The notes under the pieces were generated by a model, which was not told where the DNA came from, did not search any database, and was given only the letters and a program-made list of their open reading frames with translations. A stretch of 63,997 nucleotides of DNA, counting the filler, from Chiloscyllium plagiosum (lineage: Eukaryota): assembly GCF_004010195.1 (NCBI RefSeq). It is 3 parts of one record of this genome, joined end to end, with 100 filler letters (N's around TTAATTAATTAA, not from the genome) between each part and the next. Parts side by side here need not be neighbours in the genome. Positions count along the whole stretch, not along the records: positions 30,941 to 60,925 come from NC_057712.1; 2 more parts are not named here. One strand, given 5' to 3'. Of this stretch, positions 39,316 through 52,276 are shown one piece after another (the first letter of the stretch is position 1; every line of letters starts with the position of its first letter). The translations under genes were made by a program, and so were the position numbers.

Positions 39316-42149
39316 GTCTGTTATAATACAAATTTACATCTATAAAGATATTGGTGGAACGCCCTGACTCCAAATATGACCAGCAAACCTTCCTTTTCTA
39401 TCTGGGCATATTTACACTCTGCATTAGCCAAAGTCCTGGAGGCATATGCTTTGTGCATTCCTCTCCATTGGGCTACCTACGAGCTAACACTACAACCAGC
39501 AGCTCCCCACATTTGTGGGAATGGTCGGGTAAGTCCTAAACTCAGCTACACATTGACTATGCAGGTCCTTTCATGGGCTTAATGTACTTAGTATTTGTGA
39601 ACATTCACTCAAAGTGGCTGGATGTGAATAGAGTTCATTTGTCAAACATGGCAATGATAGAAAAACTGCATGCATATTTCACAATACATGGACTCCTGGA
39701 TGTGTTGGTCACAGATAATGCACCATCATTTACTAGCAGGGAATTTGATTATTTCCTAAAGTGGAATGGTATTCAACATAAAAGGACATCTCTATACCAT
39801 CCATCATTCAATGGTCTGGTAGAAACAGCAGTCCAAGATTTGAAGGCAGACTTAAAGAAACAGCCTACAGCTTCATTAGATACAAACTGTCTCAGTTTCT
39901 ATTCGATTATATGACCGCCCCAAATGCATCACACAGATAGCTCCAGCAGAGTTGCTCATGGAGAGAGCACTGCACACTGGTGAAATCGAATCTTCCCAGA
40001 CCTGGGTGGGGACGATGAAATGACATCAGGAACACCAATGCCAGACACAAGCCCCACTAGGCAAGACACAGTTTACTTCAAGAGACAAAGTTTGGTGTAG
40101 GAACCACTGGAATAGCCTACATTGGAAGTATAAGAGGCATGGTCGATGCGAGGTTAGATCCAATGACATATGAAGTACGGGAATGTGAGACAGTCCTGAA
40201 CAAGCACATGGATCATATGAAAGCTGCAAACTCGCAAACAGTGCAGGAGCTAAACATGCCTGGCTCCACGATAGCCTTTCCGACTGTTCCAGAGCCCGTG
40301 GGCTGTCCTTCTCCATTAAGCGTTGAAGATACCTCCGGAATCAAATGGACACAGTGGATATTGTCACAACCACACAATTTCTGAGTGAGTTGTTGCTGAA
40401 TCACAGGCAACTGAATTTCAGGTCTGCTGGAACAAGCCTGCCATTGACAAGGATGCAAATCTACACAGCTTTACAAAGAACATACAGAACTGAACAGGCC
40501 ATTTACTCAAATGGTGAAAGGCAGTATTTATAATCCACAAATATTTTTGCCACCTGAAGAAGAAAATGAATTCTTCTGAAATGCTCTGGGCACAAGAAAT
40601 GAGCTAATGTGTGTTACGTGCTGCCCATATCAGAGGCAGAGTCAAAGGAACCTGCTCTAGTCCTAAAACACCACATGAAAAGCTACATAAAAAAGAAGCA
40701 GCCTATGTCCTCAGACTCAGAGGGGAAGAAATGTAGTGATTGTAATGAGGTCCACCTGGTTGACCTCATAGAATATGAGTTCTCTGATCATACTAAATAG
40801 ATCAGAAAACAAATTGAAACTCCAAGGTCCACAGGCCATTTTGATGTACCTTTAACTCACGCCCTGTTGCAATGCAATGGACCAGACTCAATCAGGGAGC
40901 CATGGCTGACAGAGAATAACAGGAGTGTCAGAGATTCTGTTCACTCTGAGAGTTGGCTCTAAGGGAGCTGGATCAGTGCCAAGGACTCTCCATGTGTAAA
41001 TAAAGGGTGACCTGGTGATGGGATACCAGCTTCAGTGGAGTTATTTCATATAGCACAGATTTATTTTTGGAGGGGGAGGGGTCTTGGTGCACACAAGAGA
41101 GAAAGCAAAGAGGGATATGGGTGCAGGATTGGATAGGTGAAGTGGGAAAATGTTTGTGGATTATAAATACTGCCTTTCATCATTTGAGCAAATGGCCTGT
41201 TCAGTTCTGTATGTTCTTTGTAAAGCTGTGTAGATTTGCATCCTTGTCAATGGCAGGCTTGTTCCAGCAGACCTGAAATTCAGTTGCCTGTGATTCAGCA
41301 ATGACTCACTCAGAAATTGTGTGGTTGTGTAACTCCCTTTTCTATGTTGCTAGGCAACATATTCCATAGATATTTTCAGTCTTTCTTAGGTTACGTATCC
41401 ATACTCGCTTACTCATCTACAACAATCTTCAGTAATATGTAGCCTGTGTAATTGCCATTGCATTGCAACAGGGCGTGAGTTGCGGGTACATCAAATGGCC
41501 TGTGGACCTTGGGATTTCAATTTGTTTTCTGATCTATTTAGTATGATTAGTGATTGACAACTCCTTGGCTACATGTTCAGATAACTGTTGGGGAAAATCA
41601 CCAGGCTTCAAGTGTTTAACACAATCACCAATTCAATCCAGTGTTTATATCACAGTCAAAAAAGTCTGGGCCATCATTAAAGCTGCTGCTTTTTTTTTAG
41701 CACAATTCTCTGATATACCAAGGTTTACAATCAGACCATGAGCTTGTCCCAACATAATTAGAAAGTCAGGAAAAGCTCCTATCTTTTTGACACCTTTTTT
41801 GTTTCAACTATTTAATTGCAAGATTTCCACCAGTGAATTCTATTCTATTTTTACTAAACACTCACTTGAATCACAATAGTCTTCATGTCACTAAGAAAAT
41901 AAACAGACAAGCATATGAAGCAGAGGGAAATAGAAAGTTTAAATGGTAGATATTTTGAGAAAGGGAAGGGACTTGAGTGGGGTATGAACACCAGAATAGC
42001 CTGTCTCTGTGTAATATTGTCAGTAAACCTCAATTTGAGGGCTATGTCCACTCAGGGCCACACATTTCCACCATGGGTCTTCATATGAACAGTCAGAACA
42101 ATTCCAAACCTACATATCTTTAGGCTTATGAACCAATACGGTAGCGAGA

Positions 42150-43350
42150 TCTTGAGTGCAGGTTTTCCTTTTTCTTTCCTTTCGTTGCAGCCATGTCTAA
42201 TGAAGACGTGACTCACCATGTGACGGACAAGTTGTTGCCACTTTGATAATTGGCATCAAGCTCCTCCCAGTTATTAATGTCATCGCTACTGTGCTTCAAG
42301 GAAGGCTTCTTGCTATCATTGAAGCATTTTTTTTCTTGCCCTCCTCTGAAATGTTGATTGTTTGGAGGTTGAGACTGTAGGAACTTGTGGGGAAATGCTT
42401 TTTCAGCCATGCAGACAGTGTTCAGTCCATCAAAGTTGATTTTGCAGACATTTTGCCTGAATGTTTATGGAATTGGCTTCTCAGTGAATCCAGAGCACAT
42501 AGTGTGGTATGCTGACATGTTTTCTCTTAACGGCCACAGATCCACAACCCAGGTCTTGCTGAGGTACAAGAGTGTGGTAATGACAATTCGTCTGTGCACT
42601 AGGACTTTTGTTGACTTGTGGCGAACTTGTTGAATACTCACTGTTGTAGCTTGTGGAAGGCTGAGCCAGCACAGCTGATTTGGAGGTTGATGTCCTCATT
42701 TTGAGAGGCAGACCACCAAAGTTTGGGAAGTGCTAGATATGTTCAACAAATATGGAAGACGGAATATTTGACTGACTTGGTATGGTTCTACAAGTTTTCC
42801 AACATTGAAGGACAGATTGAGTCTTTTGTTGTATTCAGAATTGGGGAGATCAATAGAGGCTTTCAAATATGCTGCAGAGTGGATAACAACACTGTAGTTA
42901 CCCACAAACTGTAGAATGTGTATCGGTATGGTAGTTTTGGCATGAGGTTAAAGAGTCATGATGATGATTAATATTGACACTAGAGGGCAGTGGATCATTA
43001 GTGGGGTGAATAGCCATTCTCAGGCAGATTCTGAATAACATGGGACGTATCTCACAGATTGCTTGATGTGTTTCCTGATTTTGAAGACATCTGTGCATTT
43101 CATGCAGATTCCCACTCAGCAAATCTGTTCCATAACATTCATGCCACTGGAATTGCGTCCATTTATTGCCAGACAAATCCAAGCAAAATACCAAGAACAA
43201 CACCAGAAATTCTTCATTGGATTCCATCCAGCTGACCAAAGCATTTGTCTCAGTTAATCAAGATGCTCTGAGGATTTTGTTCCAAAGATATAGATAGCCA
43301 AGAAACCTCATCACAGTCCTTCAATCGCATTACAAAGATATAACCACAAC
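42150..43350 (-). mobile_element. Old RTE (BovB-like) LINE with inverted 5' segment
   Basis: Minus strand RGGQEKKCFNDS..INNWEEL terminus; plus strand FIARQIQAKYQEQHQKFFIGF..LTKAF at 43090-43350. Confidence 0.6.
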
Positions 43351-44119
43351 TGCCTTGAGTGGGAAATCTAAAGCAGATGCCTTCGAAATCAAGTGGGCTG
43401 TTTGATAGCTCCCACATTATTTAGAATTCACCTGACAGTGTGTATTCACCTTGCTGCCCTATACTGTCTATATTGATTATCATTAAGACTCTTTAACCTC
43501 AGTCACTTCATACCAAAATTAAACCAACTACGATATCTATACATAAACGATAATTGGCAGATGATTACAGTATTGTTATCCACTTTTCACTGGATTTGCA
43601 CGCCTCTATCAATCTCTCTAATTCTGCATACCAAAAAAAACTGTCTTTCCTTCAATGTTATCAAAGGAACACTAATGCAGATTGCCACTCTGACCCATCA
43701 TTTTTACAAAGAGATAGCTGCATTTGAGAGAAGAGGTACCACTCAATGGTCCCTCAGAAATGTGGAGCCGTACTTGTATTCTGGCCTTTCTTTCACAGCA
43801 TAGAACTGTCACAGGAAGGTCAACCATACCCCCATTTAAACGTCCAGACAGCTGCTGTCAAATGGCAAGCACATAGCATAGATTTAAAGTTTGGGTGCTG
43901 GGAGTATAGATTACAGACAGGTCAAATGTAGGGTGCCAGCTGAATAGGGGAAAGGGTGCAAGGGGTTATGATACCAGATGGATTGGGGTAGGTTTCAGCT
44001 GGATAGGGTGCCAGATGAGTATGGAGTGGAATGCCAAGAGGGAAGTGAATAGGGTGCCAGGGTGCACAGTATGTCTGGGTCTGGTATGGATCTGGCAGGA
44101 TGGGTGTTGGATTTCTGAC

Positions 44120-44400
44120 TGTCAGGTCCTGCTTGCTAACTTTCTAAATAGTTCCATGAATTCTGATTGCAAGACCACATCTCCCTCCTTACATAAGTCA
44201 TTGGTATCAATGTGGATCATGACCTCTGACTGTTCTCTCTCCCCCAAGAGAAAGTCCTACAGCCACTCAGTGACATCCTTGATCCTAATGCCCATGAGAC
44301 AACAATAACATTGAGGAGTCATGTTGATGGTTACAGAAACATCTGGCTGTAACCCTAACTAATGAATTACCTGGCATTATTGCTCTTTATTTATTTTTCC
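44120..44400 (-). mobile_element. CR1 ORF1 (SGNH-esterase-like) fragment
   Basis: Reverse strand reads roughly IKDVTEWL.DFLLGEREQSEVMIHIDTND. Confidence 0.55.
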
Positions 44401-44771
44401 TAATCCAGGACCTAGTCTCCATGTTGCCACGTGATCACCTGAGGAATAGATCTCTGTAAATGCCCCAATATTCTTAAATATAATTAATAAAACTTCAGAA
44501 AAGTTATCCATTTTCACATTACCACTACTCAATGCTGTCTTTCTGTTCTGGAGTTAAATAGGCCTCCTGTTCTCAACCCATTACTTGTACCACGGATCCT
44601 GAAGCTACTTCTGAAACAGCAATTTTGTAATTCAATCTGATGCCCAATCTCAGTTCATATTGTTGTTGCTACTAAGTATATGAATGCCACATGATCATGG
44701 CACTCGCATGATACTAAATCAACATGAAAGCAATTGTATGTTCTGTAGCATTTGACCAATTCAGACTGTGC

Positions 44772-44948
44772 GAAATGAGGACTGCAGATGCTGGAGATCA
44801 GAGTCAAGGTTGAGTGGTGCTGGAAAAGTACAGCAGGTCAGGCAGCATCTGAGGAGCAGGAAAATCGACACTTTGGGCAGGAGCCTTTCATCAGGAATGA
44901 GTAAGGGCTCCTGCCCGAAATGTCGATTTTCCTGCTCCTCGGATGCTG
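44772..44948. mobile_element. Hairpin Penelope-derived mini-element
   Basis: Inverted arms; 16-bp TSD CCAATTCAGAC(T/A)GTGC at 44756-44771 and 44949-44964. Confidence 0.8.
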
Positions 44949-47900
44949 CCAATTCAGACAGTGCCTAATATAAAAGCCATCCATTGCATTTGAAAATAGG
45001 TATTTCTAAATACTTCTTAGACATTAGATAAAACAATTGACGAGGAAGCCGTGCATAAAAATAAAAGTCAGTGGTGAGAAACACACGGGAGAAATCTGAC
45101 ACTCGAATTAGTGTATCACTTCCCAGCTTGTGAACAAAAGGGTCATGTTGTTTCACACCTCTGAAGCTAGTTAGTGCTGCAGGGCAAGACTCAGATTTGT
45201 GCTTCGGAAAAAGAGGGTTGAACATGAAAACATTGAATTCTTTTATTTGACACATCTTCTGATGCTGCCCATTTTAATAGTTTGTGTTCTTCAAATTATG
45301 TACTGGCAGCCAAATTTAATTAAACATTAAGCTTATTATCTGCAGTGATAGGAATCATAACTGAATAGATAATATTCACTTGATGTTAACCAACAGAAAA
45401 GAGGCATCAAAAATATAGTTTGTCGAAGTGGGTACAAATATTATGTTTACAATGCTGGACTAATAACGGAGAAGTTGTAAACACCATTCCCACCAGGACA
45501 AATTGAGAGTTTGAATGCAATAAACCTTGTAGTTTGTGGATTAGACACAAAGACCATGAAAGATGTCAGAATGACAAAAATTCAGCTAGTTCCCTAATAC
45601 CCTTTATGGAAGAGAACGCTCCACATGATCTGACCTTTAATATCACACTGTGGCTTTACAGCAACTAAAAATGCACAATTAATGCAGTACTGCCCATTTC
45701 CAAAGAAAAAACTTTGACCTTCCAAGGGCCTCAAAAATGCCAGTGCTGGATACAGTTTCAAAGTGCTAATCCAGATGTTGACAATCACTAGTGACCAGGG
45801 ACAGTGGGAAGTACTTGCCTTTCCTCCCAATGGAGACCAGTTATGACTATTGAAAACCTGATGAAGAGATTGTTGGGGTGTGCTGCGTGTTCTTAATGGG
45901 TGATTCCTGCCTTGAGAAACTGTCCGGCTGAAGTCAGGAAGGTAGAGCATGGAGAGTCATTCATGGATATCTCAAGGCATTACCCCATCGCATCAAGGAG
46001 TCAGAGAGTGAACATTTCCTAAGGACAGGTGCCAGAGAGAATGCATACTTAATGCTTGGGCTTTGAATGCAGCTGGCACTCATCATGTCATGGAGGAAGA
46101 TGTTGCAGTGTTCTGTAAGATGGCAGAGGAGTAAAAATGTAGCTTGTCCGCTCTGTTTGTTTATTTTTCTTTTCTTTTTCTTCTTTCCGTGCCTTTCAAA
46201 ATTTCACCTTATCTACCCTCTTGAGGAGAACTCGGATGACATCGAGATTTCCAGCACACTGCAGGCAAGGTTTGTTTCAGGCAGTGGCAAAGGGAGTAGA
46301 GTTGTGCTGACATCGGAAGTGGCGGAAGGAGATGAGTTTGGGCCCAGTGTCTGGTGCGGGACCTGGCATCTTCAACAAAGGCTACATTGCAGAGATTGAC
46401 CCTATACACTCTCATGGTACAGGCATCACCAGTAGAGGGAAGGTGGAGGTGAAGAATAGCATTCGAGGCTGGCCGACTGTTTCTTACTGATGTTGGTCTC
46501 TGTGTTGGGGTGGATGAGCCCAGATCCAGGCCCATGGATAAGCACTTAAGCAAGACTGTAATGTTGAACTTTGAACTTTATTTTTTAACTTTTCTATCTT
46601 TTTATACTCTGTCTGGTTTATTTCTGTGTTTTGAGATGGCACCGGACAGTGGTGACACTGTACAACACCTTTCGCTGTATTTGTAACAAATACATGTGAC
46701 AATCAATCAACAAATAATCAGAAAAACAGGGAAGACAGGAAGACAATTGGACTGCCGGGTTTGCAACATGAAGCCTACAGCTGATACTGGAACATGGCTG
46801 TCAGTTGTTTGCACCTGGCGTCAATGCAAAACAGCATCCTCTGCAGGAAGGACAGATCTCCGAGCATCAGCAGGAGACAAATAACAGTAGGAAGGCAACC
46901 AGGATAAAAAAGTCAATAGAGGGATGACCTCTGAAGATGGAGTTACCCGAAGATGACTGAGAACCAGAGCTGCAGCAGACTCGGCCCTCCAGCCAGATGG
47001 TCAAGTAGCCAATGCAAAATGGCATCTGACCATAAAACATAGCCCTATCAGTCATTGTAGAAAAGTCGGGGTCTTAAAATCCAAACAAGTTACAAATTTA
47101 AAAGAAACAATATCCCCACATGAAATAGAATCATAGAGTCATAGGGATATACAGCACTGAAACAGACCTTTCAGTCCAACTCGTCCATGCTGACCAGATA
47201 TCCTCAATAAATCTAGTCCTATTTGCCAGTATTTAGCCCATATCTCTCTAAACCCTTCCTATTCATATACACTTCCAGTGCCTTTGAAATAGTGTAGTTG
47301 TACCAGCCTCCACCACTTCGTCTGACAGCTCATTCCATACACACACTATTCTCTGCGTGAAAAAGTTGCCCCTTAGGTCCCTTTTAAATCCTTCTCCTCT
47401 CTCACCTTCAAACCTATGCCCTCTAGCTTTGGACTCCCCTATCCCTTGACAGAAAAAATGTGCCATGCTTATTTGAGTGGGAATGTGGCAGTAGGGAACC
47501 AGTGCCCTCACAACTCCATCCTCAGTAAGTTCATGTCAGGTCAGCCCGTGGGTGGCCTACCAGTCTGTGGCCAATTCAAATGCTTATGCTGTGCCTAGAT
47601 AAGCGCCTCATCCCTCTGCTACTGTAACAATTCAGGTGTGTGGGTGGGTGGGCTCAATGCAGGGAGCATGACAGACAGACCATGTTGTCTGCTAGCAATC
47701 TCCTCCTTGTTTCCCATTAAGTCGAAGGAGATGAAAGCTGAAATGAAGACTCCAAACCAATGTACATTTTTTAGTACTGTTGAGGAAATTGTGCTTGAAG
47801 TTTGCAATCTGGGTCTTAAAGTAGGCACAAGACCCCTTCTAGATATTTAAGAACCATTAAATATTTAAGGTTGGTCACTCCAGCTATTGATTTCACTTTG

Positions 47901-48259
47901 ACCATTGCATTTTTTAATAATCTTTGGTCTGAACATTTACTTTAAGTAATTCAGGCTTCAGCTCTCCCTCCATTCTTTTTCTGCCTGCTTCTCCAATTCC
48001 CTGAAATCCCAAAGATAGGTCCCTCAATTGGGCAGAGTTCCTTTGATATGGGCTCACCCACCACTGCGCCCCCGAATGATTTTCCATCATCTGAGGAAAA
48101 TGGAGAATATTTTAGAAGCCCAAATGACTGAAACTGATGTGGAACAGGTAGAGGCCTAGAATATTTGCAGCAGATAATGAGAACTTAATTGAAATACAGT
48201 GTCAGGGAATCTGAGAGGAAGAGACATTGTCTTTGAAAGACATATAATTTAAATTACAT

Positions 48260-49060
48260 CAGAGTCCTAGAGTCATACAGCATGGAAGCATCCTCTTCAG
48301 TCCAACTCATCTGACCAGACAGGGAGAAAGTGAGAACTGCAGATGCTGGAGGTCAGAGTCAAAATGTGTGGTGCTGGAAAAGCACAGCAGGTCAGGCAGC
48401 ATCTGAGGATGTGTCATTCCTGATGAAGGCCTTATACCTGAAACATTGACTGTCCTGCTCCTCAGATGCTGCCTGACCTGTGCTTTTCCAATGTCACACG
48501 TTTTGTGCTGACCAGACATCCCAATCTGACCTAGTCCCATTCGTCACCATTTGGCCCATATCCCTCTAATCCTTTGTATTCATGTACCCATCCAGATGCC
48601 TTTTAAATCTTGCAATTGTACGAGCCTCCACCACTTCCTCTGGAAACTTGTTCCATATACACACCATCCTTCACAAGGAAAGTTACCTCTCAAGACCTTT
48701 TAAAATCTTTCCCGTCTCACCTTAAACTGATGTCCTTCAATTTTGGACTCCCCCACCATAGGAAAAAGACCTTGTGTATTCATCCTATCCATGCCCCTCA
48801 TGATTTTGTAAACCTTTACAAGATCACCTCTCAAGCTCTGATACTGCAGGGAAAAAAGTCCCACCCTATTCAGCCCCCCGCCCTATAGCCCAAACCCTCC
48901 AATCCCAGCAACATCCTTGTAAATCTTTTCTGTATCCTCTCAAGTTTAACAGCGTCCTTCCTATAGCAGAGCAACCAGAATTATATACAGTATTCTAAAA
49001 GTGGTCTCACCAATGTCCTGTACAGTGCAACATGACACCCTAACTCACGTACTCAATGTA
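48260..49060 (-). mobile_element. CR1 LINE 3' fragment containing a Penelope hairpin (48322-48507)
   Basis: CR1 tail agagtcatacagcatggaa; hairpin flanked by TSD CTGACCAGACA at 48311-48321 and 48508-48518. Confidence 0.8.
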
Positions 49061-49112
49061 AGATACACTAGTGGCAGGAAACAGCCTGAAAGGGAATTGC
49101 ACATTTCCCATG

Positions 49113-49664
49113 GTTAAAAATCACACAACACCAGGTTATAGTTCAACAGGTTTATTTAGAAGTACGAGCTTTCGGAGTGCTGCTCCTTCATTGGGCAGCT
49201 AGTAGGACATGATCATAAGACATGGAATTTATAGCACAAGATCACCTTGTCATGCAACTGATATGATATATTGAATAAACTTAGATTGAGGTGTATTGGA
49301 ATACAGATAGACTCTAACCTCACACCTTTAATGTAGTGTCTGAGCTGAGATGTCACTTTTTTTATATAAAATCTATAATTATCTTGGGAATGTGACTTGA
49401 AAGAAGTTCTGGGATTTACATATTAATGAATCAAAACCTGCAATCCATTCTAAAAGATGAAAGACTTAACAGCAATCTAGGTTTGTTCAATATATCATTT
49501 CTATGATTGTTTACTATAAATTCTGTATGTTATGATCCTGCCCCACCTGATGAAGGAGCAGTGCTCCAAAAGCTAGTCCTTCCAAATAGACTTTTTGGAC
49601 TATAACCTGGTGTTGTGTGATTTTTAACTTTGTACACCCCAGTTCAACACCAGCATCTCTTCAT
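49113..49664 (+). mobile_element. Non-autonomous Penelope-like element with inverted 5' pLTR
   Basis: Terminal inverted pLTRs (gttaaaaatcacacaacaccagg / cctggtgttgtgtgatttttaac); 13-bp TSD CACATTTCCCATG at 49100-49112 and 49665-49677. Confidence 0.8.
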
Positions 49665-50314
49665 CACATTTCCCATGAACATCCTGTTTGCAGCCAGGAT
49701 TATTCTTGCTAAACGGCTTTGTCAGTTTGAATGCGAGTAGCAACATGTAATCCAGGTAACGATTGGAACTTGAGCCCAAGGCTAAAATTCAAACAAGCAT
49801 TATGCAAATATTCTATAACCAAAGTGTTTTTCTTCCACATAAGATCAAGGGAGGTAAATAAGCGATTGTGAATCTTGGGCTATTGTGCTTTCAAGGCTTA
49901 TGAAATAAAATATGAATTTGTGTGTTGCATTGTTGTAATTGCACAATTTCCCCCTTGCTTTGGAGATTGTAATTTATTTTCAATTCGTTGCCCAGATTAA
50001 GGATTAATCACCAATTACAGAAATGATTGATTTCATCATGGGCTGTTCTTATGATGAATATCCTGTGTAATCATTTCTACTTCAGTTTCTATGCTGGGGA
50101 GCAGATCCCCAATGCTAGTTTTACACCAAGTCTGATCCACTGTGCTAATTCTACATCAAGGTAAAACGTTGACGATCCACACCAAAACTCATTTCCTTTT
50201 CTCGTCACTCATCACCAGACAATCATCATTTAAAGCTATTACTCTCCACTTTAATTTCGCCATTCAAAACAACTCTGCACTCCCTTTATTCTTCCATCTT
50301 GTTTTCTTCTTTAA

Positions 50315-51306
50315 TAGAGGAACGTTGATTATCCGAACGAGATGGGTGGGCACTATTTTGTTCGGATAATGGATTATTCGGTTAATTGATTTAAATGCCT
50401 TTCCTCTGGGGCTCGGAGTTTTCTGTTAAGGCAGCTCCCCGTTCAGGAGACGAGGCAGCAGCACACAGCGCCTGTGCCCTGCCCCACCCAAACCTGTCCA
50501 ACACCAGCCCGCCGTCTGCCCGCCTCCCAACCCTGTCCAACACCCCCCCATCCCTACACCCAACCCTGTCCAACACCGCCCCCTCTCCCACCCCTACCCC
50601 CAATCCTGTCNNNNNNNNNNNNNNNNNNNNNNNNNNNNNNNNNNNNNNNNNNNNNNNNNNNNNNNNNNNNNNNNNNNNNNNNNNNNNNNNNNNNNNNNNN
50701 NNNNNNNNNNNNNNNNNNNNNNNNNNNNNNNNNNNNNNNNNNNNNNNNNNNNNNNNNNNNNNNNNNNNNNNNNNNNNNNNNNNNNNNNNNNNNNNNNNNN
50801 NNNNNNNNNNNNNNNNNNNNNNNNNNNNNNNNNNNNNNNNNNNNNNNNNNNNNNNNNNTGTCCAACACCGCCCCCTCTCCCACCACTATCCCCCAACCTC
50901 GTCCAACAAGACTGCTGCTGGTGCTGCCTACACACACACACACACACTTTTACTGCAACTTTTTCGACAGGTTCCACCTTTGCCCTGTACAGGACAATGT
51001 TGGAGAGATTATCTAGGGAAGAGGAGGTTTAGGTCACACGTCTGTGTCGAACTCCAGGGAAAGTGTGTGTGGAGAGAGAGAGCGCGGGAGGTCAGTCTTT
51101 GGAGATGGTGCCTGGGCTCCCATCAGTCCAGGACTGTTCTCGGCAGCATTTCAAGAAGCAGAGTTCACTTTTAATCACTATAAACAGAAGACATGATCAG
51201 TGTTGGAAACATGTCTTTGATGTAATGTTTCTATAGGTACCTCGAGATCTCCTTCGGATAATCCGATATTTGGATAATTGATTTTTGGATAATCGAGGTT
51301 CCTTTG
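50315..51306. mobile_element. Tigger/pogo-like non-autonomous DNA transposon containing a C-rich minisatellite and (CA)n
   Basis: TIRs AGAGGAACGTTGATTATCCGAA / TTTGGATAATCGAGGTTCCTTTG followed by TA; subterminal ggataat repeats; internal ccctgtccaacacc repeats span the N gap. Confidence 0.7.
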
Positions 51307-52276
51307 TATTCCAATAAGGTTTCTTCTTCACCTCTTTGTTTGGAAAGCAATTCTGTGTGATGATTACAAAATGAAGAAGGACCTCTTGATATTGTCTCTT
51401 TTACCAATTCATATTGATGCTTCTTTGTTCAACATATGAACATAAAAATTAAGACTCCTTGAGCCTTCTGCATCATCTGGTAAGATCATGAATGATCTGA
51501 TTGTGGGCTCAACTCTACTTTCCCAGATGCCTCCCACACCTTTTGACGCCATTGATAACTTGAACTTAAAAATATTCAATGATTCTGATTTCACTCCAAC
51601 TATGGAAGAGAATCCCAAAGACTAGATTTTAGATTTAGATTATGTTGTCATGTGTACTCAAGTACAGAGTACAAGATTACAGTGTAAAGTTTGCAAAGTT
51701 GCTATATGACACCATCTTGGGTACAAGATCTTAGTTAGAGAATTAGAAAAATAAAGAAATAAGTTTAAAAAGTTCATCACTACAGTCTTCTCACTTTACA
51801 AGTAGAAAAATAAAGTTTAAAAAGTCAAAACTTACAGTTCCTTCTTAAGGCATGGACTTGCAGATGTTCCTTGGGAAAGACTGGGGTGTACAAAGTTAAA
51901 AATCACACAACACACAATGCTGCTGACAACTACCTGATGAAGGAGCAGCACTCTGAAAGCTACTGTGCTTCCAATTAAACCCGTTGGACTTTAACCTGGT
52001 ATTGTGTGATTTTTAACCATTTAAATAGGATATGAAAACAGTATACTAATTCTCAAAGAGGACAAGTTCATATTTTCTCACGCATTTCATCTGCCATATT
52101 TTTGATCACTCACTTATACTCTATCTGTATCCTTTCCAGACTTCAATATCATCTTTATCAATTACTTTTTGATCTATCCATGTCCTGTTCTCATTGTCAA
52201 ATTTAAAGTAATCTTTCAAGTTTCTCTTTCACACACCTTTTGTTTTGTAAGTGGTTTAGGTAGTGATCCTGAGATT

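Larger units (their letters stand above)
36136..41048 (+). mobile_element. Decayed Gypsy/Ty3 LTR retrotransposon (two LTRs; gag-PR-partial RT-RNase H-integrase remnants)
   Basis: LTRs at 36136-36370 and 40732-41048 (TG...CA, share tgtaatgagg...catgtgtaaataaagggtgac). Polypurine tract gaggggaagaaa precedes the 3' LTR. Flanks AATAG/TATAG. Motifs: MEVDT (protease), WAASVVLIVKPDG, HIDYAGPFMG, LVTDNAPSFTSREF..YHPSFNGLVE. Confidence 0.9.
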
